A stretch of DNA of 64,000 bases from Bdellovibrionales bacterium. Its GTDB lineage: Bacteria; Bdellovibrionota; Bdellovibrionia; Bdellovibrionales; UBA1609. The stretch covers positions 192,001-256,000 of the forward strand of contig OZ241456.1 in assembly GCA_965200875.1 (NCBI GenBank), read 5' to 3'. Positions within the stretch are counted from its first letter, which is position 1. Each line of letters opens with the position of its first letter. This document shows positions 57,548-64,000 of the stretch, in pieces. Position numbers and translations under genes: made by a program. The notes beneath the pieces are model-generated. The model searched no databases. It had not been told where the DNA came from and saw only the letters and a list, made by a program, of their open reading frames with translations.

Positions 57548-59170
57548 ATCTTTAAAATAATAATTATTTTAATCTTAATTTTAAGCGTGGGATGTCGTAA
57601 GAAAGACACCCCTCCTCTTACTGTTTCCGGTGAGGAAGGGAAAGAGGGTTCTTTGGTTAGCGGAAACACCCCGCCTGCTCCTTTAGGAGAAGATTCTGAT
57701 TCTAACGGGGTTCTTCCTGTCAATGTTCCTGAAGAACAAAAAAGCGAGGATGATAAGGCTTTTCCACCTTCTGAGTTTTCTTTGGCAGAGGTTTCAATGT
57801 TGGACTCATCAGGAGGTAAAAAAGATACTAAAAACTTACTTGCAGATTCTGCAAAACCTCCTGAAACAAAAGCTCCTCTGAGTGAGTCAGTATCTTCAGA
57901 ATCAGCTTTTGATTTCTTTCAGTTTTTTAATGTATGCGCATTTCCACGCAGTTTGCGGGATGCGTTGGAACAGGAATTAAAAATAGATTGTGCGGATATG
58001 ACTGTAGAACATATATCACAGGTGACCCGGCTCTCTTTAAGAAATATTGATGAAGAGCAAACCCGCTTGCTTAGTCAAAAGTACACAGATTTTTTTCCGG
58101 TGCTTTATGATCTGGATATATCTAATAATCCTGATATGCAGGATATTCCTGAGTTTGCCCTTAACATTTACGATTTAAAAAAGCTTGATATCTCTAGGAC
58201 CGGCATAAGCGAGTTTCATGAAAGTATATGTAACTTGGATCTTACCACTTTAATAGGTAGCCACAATAACTATAAAGGCCACGAAGTACCCTTTGAAACT
58301 TTTTGTCTTTTTAGTTTAAAAGTATTGGATATGTCTTACAGCAATATTCTCTATGTCGATCAATATATTGGAAAACTTTCTCACTTGGAAGAACTTTATA
58401 TGTCCGGGAACAATCTGGTTTACACTCCCCGCGTGTTTAAACTTCCTCATTTGATGTTGGTGGACTTTGATAATGCAGATTTAAGCAGGAATTGTAAAGC
58501 TGAAGAGGAGAAAAAAGAATGCCAAGAAGATTTGTTAAGTGATGTTCGTAGTTCTTATAAAGCTGATGGTTTCTTGGAACTGGATTTTCCAAGAGGTGAG
58601 CCTTTGCGGGGAATGTACATAAATTTAGCCCGCCAGAGTGAAGAGCTTATGAGGCAATGTGAAGAAGAGGATAGTGATAAATATTGCCCCAATTTTATTA
58701 CAGAATGCAAAGATTCTCCAGAAAACGACAAAGCCCAGTGTATGTTGGATGTTTTTGAAGACTTAAGAGCGATGGATAAACACAAGATCTTTAGAGATAA
58801 GTGTTATACTACATGGGTGGGTTATCTTGTGGATAACAACTCGCCTGAATTTTTAAATAAAACAATCCGGGGAATAACAATCAGAGAATTAAAATATCTC
58901 ATTGAAAACCGGGAACCTTTTTGGTCTCTTTATTGGTTACGGTTGCCGTGGAAAGGGAAGAGCATATTGTTCGGATTGATTGATTTAGCTCCTGAAAAAT
59001 TTCCACCACAAGAGTGGGAGGTTGAGCAAGAGTACTACCGGGAAAGTGGGCCAGCTTCTGCTATAAAAGCTTTTTTTGCATTCGATCGCTATTGGTGGGT
59101 TCCAGAGGACTGTCCTCATTTGCCATCAGATTTAAGAGATCGAATAGAAGAAATTGATAATAGAAATTAA
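57548..59170 (+). CDS. Leucine-rich-repeat lipoprotein (probable ATC start)
   Basis: LxxLDISxN repeats; in-frame signal FKIIIILILILSVG|C; AGGAGGT RBS. Confidence 0.8.
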   Translation: MFKIIIILILILSVGCRKKDTPPLTVSGEEGKEGSLVSGNTPPAPLGEDSDSNGVLPVNVPEEQKSEDDKAFPPSEFSLAEVSMLDSSGGKKDTKNLLADSAKPPETKAPLSESVSSESAFDFFQFFNVCAFPRSLRDALEQELKIDCADMTVEHISQVTRLSLRNIDEEQTRLLSQKYTDFFPVLYDLDISNNPDMQDIPEFALNIYDLKKLDISRTGISEFHESICNLDLTTLIGSHNNYKGHEVPFETFCLFSLKVLDMSYSNILYVDQYIGKLSHLEELYMSGNNLVYTPRVFKLPHLMLVDFDNADLSRNCKAEEEKKECQEDLLSDVRSSYKADGFLELDFPRGEPLRGMYINLARQSEELMRQCEEEDSDKYCPNFITECKDSPENDKAQCMLDVFEDLRAMDKHKIFRDKCYTTWVGYLVDNNSPEFLNKTIRGITIRELKYLIENREPFWSLYWLRLPWKGKSILFGLIDLAPEKFPPQEWEVEQEYYRESGPASAIKAFFAFDRYWWVPEDCPHLPSDLRDRIEEIDNRN

Positions 59171-59190
59171 ATGAAAGAGGATAGTAAAAA

Positions 59191-62100
59191 ATGATAAAAC
59201 ACATAATAAAAACAGGATTCAGATTTACTCTTTCCTTATCTTTGGTTTTGGTGCCTTCTTTATCATACCCACAAGTTTCTGGCCATCCTGTTCCTGATCC
59301 TTCTGCCATTCAGAAACTTTTGGATAGTCTTAAAGCGGAGTCTCAGGGAAAAGATATTTCTCCTGAAGTTCAGGAGGCATCTCGTATTCTTGAAGAAATG
59401 GAAGAGGCTTTTCAAGAAAATCGTTTATCAGAATATATAGACTCCAAACCAAGTTTAAAGGAAAAATTTGATGTACTTTCCCTTGGAAATCAGGAAGTGA
59501 AAATCCTAGATTATAAAGAGGATATCAAACGTAAGGTTTATTTCGATACAAGTAATAATGACTTTTTTTCTTATAAGAGAAAGATTTTAAATATTGATGT
59601 GGAGTTTAATGAAGAGGGGAAGTTGGTGTTTAAAGGAGTGGTTGTTTCAGGGGATAAAAAAGAGCCTAGTCTGATCAGAAGGGGCATTGCTTGGCTTAAA
59701 AGATTGGTTGTTTCAGAGGATAAAACTCCGGAAAATTCAAAGGATAAAACTCCAGGAAGGAGAATTGGCCTCGTTCACACTTTTAATGATGTGGAAAAAA
59801 AAGATGTTATCTCTTGGGATTATGATAAAGAGTTTTTGGTTCTTCTGCATAAGAAAAGAGGTCTTGTTTTATATAATACGATAATAGCTCGCGAGTTCTT
59901 GTTGGGATCCGCGCCAATTCCATCTATTAGTCTTCTAGGTTCCAAGGCTCTTTTAAATCTGCTGAAAAATGAGGAAAATATAAAACTGGAGTTTATACAT
60001 AGAGCCGTATCTCCTCCGCTTTTTTCAGGGTTGGAGGAAGAAAGAGCTAGGGATAAGGGTTTTCAGGTGAATTTAGATGGAAAGCCTATATTTACTGCCG
60101 GGGATTTATTGGTTTCTCGTACAGATTCTGAAGGTAAAAAGCATATAGTGAAGCTTATATCCCGGAAAGATGTTACTATTGCTAAAGTCAATATGTATCA
60201 GGTATTATACCATTTAGTTCAGATTAAAAATCTAAATACTAACGAAATGCACAATCCTTCTCTTTTTCAGCATTTTAAAACAATCCTCTCAGCAACTTTT
60301 CATAGAAAACCTATCGGTTTTTTTAGTAAATTCGCAGAGGAGAAAATTTTAGAGCATATACGGATGTTTTTAGTTTATAGAATTCAAGAGAAAGATAGGG
60401 ATGTATTTACACTGGAAGAGTGGAGGAATAACTGGCAAATGATAGAGGCTGATCTAAACCCTCGTAAATTAGTTGATAGATCAAGAAATGAGGGGAATAT
60501 GCCTTCATTCGAGGAGATTGCAAAAAAAATAAATCCGGAAGATTTATCCGTTTTCGAAAGCGAAAAACAATCTCGACTTAAAAAGGTTTTGGAAAGGTAC
60601 ATACCTCCTGCTTTGTTTGAATATTTTAAAAACAATCAATTTTGGCCAGAACATGGAATAAAAGTCCTGACTGGGGCGGTTTTTTTTGTGTGGATTACTA
60701 TGGAGGGCTTATTTGATCGACCAAGGCTTGACTGGAATTCAAATTATGCGCAGAGTGTCGCTCAGCATCTTGTTCTTTTAGGGGGGGTTCTTTTGTTTGC
60801 TACTTATGTATTCGCTGCGTACAGTATATCGTTTACAAAGATTATTAAGCCCATTGTTGGTTTGTTTTCAGGAGAGGCAAAACTTTCACTGGAGCAATTT
60901 ATTGAGAAATGGGATAAAAAAAACACACCAGAGAGACTAACGAGTTTTGGATTTCGGATAGCAAGTCTCTTTCTTCCGATTTTTGACACTATATCTAGAG
61001 TTTTTGGCGGAAAGAATTTTTATGAGGCTTTAAGGCATGGAATTAATCCTTTGCAAAAAATAACTCCTGAATCTCGTTTGGGAAAAGATTTCGCACTTAA
61101 TAAGCCTTTGCGTGTTGGGGGTGGGTGGCCCAGCTACAGAGGATCAGCTTTCAAAAAAAGAGAACAGATGATTCCGGCCTTAAAGGAAACGAAGAGCCGA
61201 GTGGAGGGTTTATCGCTCTTAATGACTTACTATGCTCTTTCCGGTAAATCAAATTTTGATCTTACGAGATTGCTGACGGGTCCTGAAACAGTGAGGGGGG
61301 GTATCATCATAGATTATTATATGGAAGAAGTCGTCGAGAATAAGGAAAAAAAGGATAAGAAAAGAAGCGTACTGGAAGTGCTTTGGGTGTCTCAAAAGCT
61401 AAGCAAGTATATTTTGAAATCGAATATCGATACAACTCGTCCTCTATACGACTGGGATGTTGCAATGATAGAAAATGATTTTTATCAAAAAGCCTTGGAT
61501 CTGGCTTCAAAAGTAAAACCTTTATCATTGGTTGATTTAAACATACTGTTTAAGGTTCCGGAAAAGTTTGCAGAGTATGGTAGAGGTGTTTTAAACTGGA
61601 ATACAGAAAAAGCGAAAATATTAAAGTCTATTTTACCTGCAAAGCCAATAGTAGACCAATATTGGAGTGGACTGATTATGGATCATTTGCTGATGGTGCT
61701 GGCTACATTAACAAGTGGGACTCCCCGTGGAGAAGCTTTTTATGGAAATATGAGTGGAAAAGCCGTTGATCGTTTTAATGTTACTCAATCAAGTGCTGAG
61801 CATTTGAATGAGGTGAATGTTAATATTTTACTGCACACTGCTTTAAGTGCGAGGCAACAATTACAATATCTTTATGATGGAAAATATGAAAGACTGAGAA
61901 CTTTATATAAGTCTTTAGATCAATTATATAAACCTTTTTTAACAGAATATTTCCGTCCTACGAATAATAAAGCCAAGTTCTGGTCATATTTTAAGGATTG
62001 GTTCTCTTTTCCCGTTCACTGGGGACACAGGATATATGAGGGTGATGATACACGAGAAGAGCGAGTGGATGCGGGAATACAGGCTCATAAGTTTGTAAAA

Positions 62101-62952
62101 GGAGCTTTGGGTTTTTGGATGATGACAATTCCTCTTATGCTTATTGCAAGGGTGTCTTTGACGCCTGAATATTCTTTTTGGTCTAATTTTAAAGGTGTGC
62201 TCTATTTTGTAAGTATGGGATTTTTCCTTTTTGCATTACCTCAAGTATGGGCAATATGGCATAACTCCATGTATAACAAAAAAGCAGAAGAGAGAAAAGC
62301 TCTTATAGACCACATAAAATTTGTCTTGGACAGAATGGAAAAAAGAAATTATACATCTGTTTCCTACCTGAATGAAGATTATAAAAAAGCTATCTTGGGT
62401 TTTAAAAAACTTTACGATTCTTCTAAAAAGTTTCGAAAAGAGATATCTTCAAAAATCAATACTCTTGATCCAAGACTTAAAGAATTAATATTGCAAGCTG
62501 ATTTTAGAGGAAGGGAATCACTGGAGATTATGGAGAGTGAATTGCGGGAAATTATTGAGTCTCAAACTATGGAGGAAAAAGTGAGACAAATGAAAGTTAT
62601 TCGTCCACTTTTAGATACAGCACACTTGCCTACAGAAGCAAACAAACTAGCATATGATTCTATTTTACTCCTTACTCTTGGAGTGTTCAGCAATCTGGCT
62701 TTTGTATATGCATCTGAGAAAAGCTTTGCGACTCTTCGTTTGAAAGCTGTTGTGTTATGGATTGCGCTATTTTATGGTTTCGGAAAGGTAGCCAATTTCT
62801 TGGGTGAATATAGTCTTCGCGATCACCGGAGAGGACAGAGTATCAAGCCCTTAAGAAAAAAAGCTGAAAACGTTGGAAGAATAATAAGAGAACCCGTCGC
62901 GACTATTAAGCGATGTGTGTCAGCGTTTAAGAGAAACCAGCGCGAAGAATAA
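59191..62952 (+). CDS. Large hypothetical protein with signal peptide and several TM segments
   Basis: 1253 aa uninterrupted ORF, GAGGA RBS. Confidence 0.8.
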   Translation: MIKHIIKTGFRFTLSLSLVLVPSLSYPQVSGHPVPDPSAIQKLLDSLKAESQGKDISPEVQEASRILEEMEEAFQENRLSEYIDSKPSLKEKFDVLSLGNQEVKILDYKEDIKRKVYFDTSNNDFFSYKRKILNIDVEFNEEGKLVFKGVVVSGDKKEPSLIRRGIAWLKRLVVSEDKTPENSKDKTPGRRIGLVHTFNDVEKKDVISWDYDKEFLVLLHKKRGLVLYNTIIAREFLLGSAPIPSISLLGSKALLNLLKNEENIKLEFIHRAVSPPLFSGLEEERARDKGFQVNLDGKPIFTAGDLLVSRTDSEGKKHIVKLISRKDVTIAKVNMYQVLYHLVQIKNLNTNEMHNPSLFQHFKTILSATFHRKPIGFFSKFAEEKILEHIRMFLVYRIQEKDRDVFTLEEWRNNWQMIEADLNPRKLVDRSRNEGNMPSFEEIAKKINPEDLSVFESEKQSRLKKVLERYIPPALFEYFKNNQFWPEHGIKVLTGAVFFVWITMEGLFDRPRLDWNSNYAQSVAQHLVLLGGVLLFATYVFAAYSISFTKIIKPIVGLFSGEAKLSLEQFIEKWDKKNTPERLTSFGFRIASLFLPIFDTISRVFGGKNFYEALRHGINPLQKITPESRLGKDFALNKPLRVGGGWPSYRGSAFKKREQMIPALKETKSRVEGLSLLMTYYALSGKSNFDLTRLLTGPETVRGGIIIDYYMEEVVENKEKKDKKRSVLEVLWVSQKLSKYILKSNIDTTRPLYDWDVAMIENDFYQKALDLASKVKPLSLVDLNILFKVPEKFAEYGRGVLNWNTEKAKILKSILPAKPIVDQYWSGLIMDHLLMVLATLTSGTPRGEAFYGNMSGKAVDRFNVTQSSAEHLNEVNVNILLHTALSARQQLQYLYDGKYERLRTLYKSLDQLYKPFLTEYFRPTNNKAKFWSYFKDWFSFPVHWGHRIYEGDDTREERVDAGIQAHKFVKGALGFWMMTIPLMLIARVSLTPEYSFWSNFKGVLYFVSMGFFLFALPQVWAIWHNSMYNKKAEERKALIDHIKFVLDRMEKRNYTSVSYLNEDYKKAILGFKKLYDSSKKFRKEISSKINTLDPRLKELILQADFRGRESLEIMESELREIIESQTMEEKVRQMKVIRPLLDTAHLPTEANKLAYDSILLLTLGVFSNLAFVYASEKSFATLRLKAVVLWIALFYGFGKVANFLGEYSLRDHRRGQSIKPLRKKAENVGRIIREPVATIKRCVSAFKRNQREE

Positions 62953-63011
62953 GCGATGTATGTCAGCTTTTTGATGTGTGACTTCAAAGAAATTTATTTC
63001 AAACTGGGGCA

Positions 63012-63899
63012 TTAGGGCATTAAATGAGCACTGATATACTGAGAGGTTTTTTGACTTTTACCTTTTGGAATGCGGGCGCGCCAGTTTTCCATGTAGTGGG
63101 GAATACGGTCTCTTAAAAGCTCCGGATTAAGTCTTTTTATTTTCGCATAAGGTTCTTTGATGTAACGGGCCATAGCGCGCAAATTTGTCCCTCCTGGCAG
63201 GTAAAAAAATTCGTACTTATGAGGAAGTTTAATTTTTAAATAATTAAACCCGTAAAGTGCAGGGGCTTTGGCAATGGTGATGGCCGCTATAAGCTGTGGA
63301 ATATATTGTGCGGTTTCGTAAGGAAAGTCATATTTTTGAGCTAAGGACCAAAAGTTTTTTGTTTTGTGTTTTTGAATAAGACGCATGAGTCTTTGTTCTC
63401 CCATATTATAAGCTGAAGCGGCAAGCCACCAATCTCCAAACTGTTTATAGAGGAATTGCAAGTACTGGGCGGCGGCGCGGGTGCTTTTTTCAAAGTCCTT
63501 TCTTTCATCCAGCCAATAATGTTTTCTAAGGCCAAAGCGGGAGGCTGTGGGTTGAATAAATTGCCAATACCCTAAAGCTTTGGCTTTGCTTTCCGCATGG
63601 GGTGAAAAACCGCTTTCAATCATAGCCATATAGATGAGATCAGCTGGGAGCTTTTGGTTTTTTAAAATCTCTTTCATAAGAGGTGCATAGCGATAAGATC
63701 GTTCAAGCCATATACGAAAGCGATTCGAATAGTTTTTTTGAAAGAGGCGAATCCACTGCTCCACCCAATAATTACTGGTGACCGGCAAATCAGAAAAAGG
63801 GTTTTTTAAAATAATGTTTTTTTTTAAAATTTTCGCCGGCAAAAAGAGTGGAAAAACAAGCAGAAGAAAACATAAAAAGAAATTTCTTTTTTTCATCAT
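63012..63899 (-). CDS. MltD-like lytic transglycosylase
   Basis: MIESGF, ALGYWQFI, DERKD, ASAYNMGE, ETAQYIP. Confidence 0.9.
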   Translation of the reverse strand: MMKKRNFFLCFLLLVFPLFLPAKILKKNIILKNPFSDLPVTSNYWVEQWIRLFQKNYSNRFRIWLERSYRYAPLMKEILKNQKLPADLIYMAMIESGFSPHAESKAKALGYWQFIQPTASRFGLRKHYWLDERKDFEKSTRAAAQYLQFLYKQFGDWWLAASAYNMGEQRLMRLIQKHKTKNFWSLAQKYDFPYETAQYIPQLIAAITIAKAPALYGFNYLKIKLPHKYEFFYLPGGTNLRAMARYIKEPYAKIKRLNPELLRDRIPHYMENWRARIPKGKSQKTSQYISAHLMP

Positions 63900-64000
63900 C
63901 GTCTTATTGTTCAGTTTCTTTTTCCGGAAAGCAAGTCAGTATGAGTTATAGATTTTTTCGGCTTTTTTCTGCATGACATTATATGTCAACCCTATAAAAA

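Overview
AT-rich bacterial chromosome segment, very likely from a Bdellovibrionota (Bdellovibrionales-like) organism. This is inferred from the Tad/Flp pilus cluster followed by a YD-repeat gene and a small secreted disordered protein (the arrangement of the Bdellovibrio 'hit' locus), and from dnaX-recR-mglA without mglB. Housekeeping content: rodZ-like, dnaQ-like, nadE, amgK-murU, hpt, bamD, astC/A/D-like, mltG, dppBC-nagZ, tonB, priA, rpsB-tsf-pyrH-frr-uppS-cdsA-rseP-tsaB-rluD, recR, dnaX and an mltD-like gene. The most unusual region is the 5' end of the Tad locus. A 51-bp inverted repeat pair (36 bp perfect, dRS3-like core) brackets a ~1.6-kb cassette with a leaderless pilin, two inserted coiled-coil genes and the prepilin peptidase. 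Next to it lie a 21-bp tandem array and back-to-back sigma28-like promoters with homopolymer spacers, together suggesting a switchable pilus system. Other highlights are an MglA lacking both catalytic residues, a dispersed family of small TM+heptad-repeat genes, two apparent non-AUG starts (ATT, ATC), a frameshifted cNMP-binding gene on a slippery heptamer, and a pair of secreted Cys/Gly-rich proteins sharing a C-terminal motif. No rRNA, tRNA, CRISPR array, transposase or integrase was recognised. All family calls are by motif recognition, not database search.
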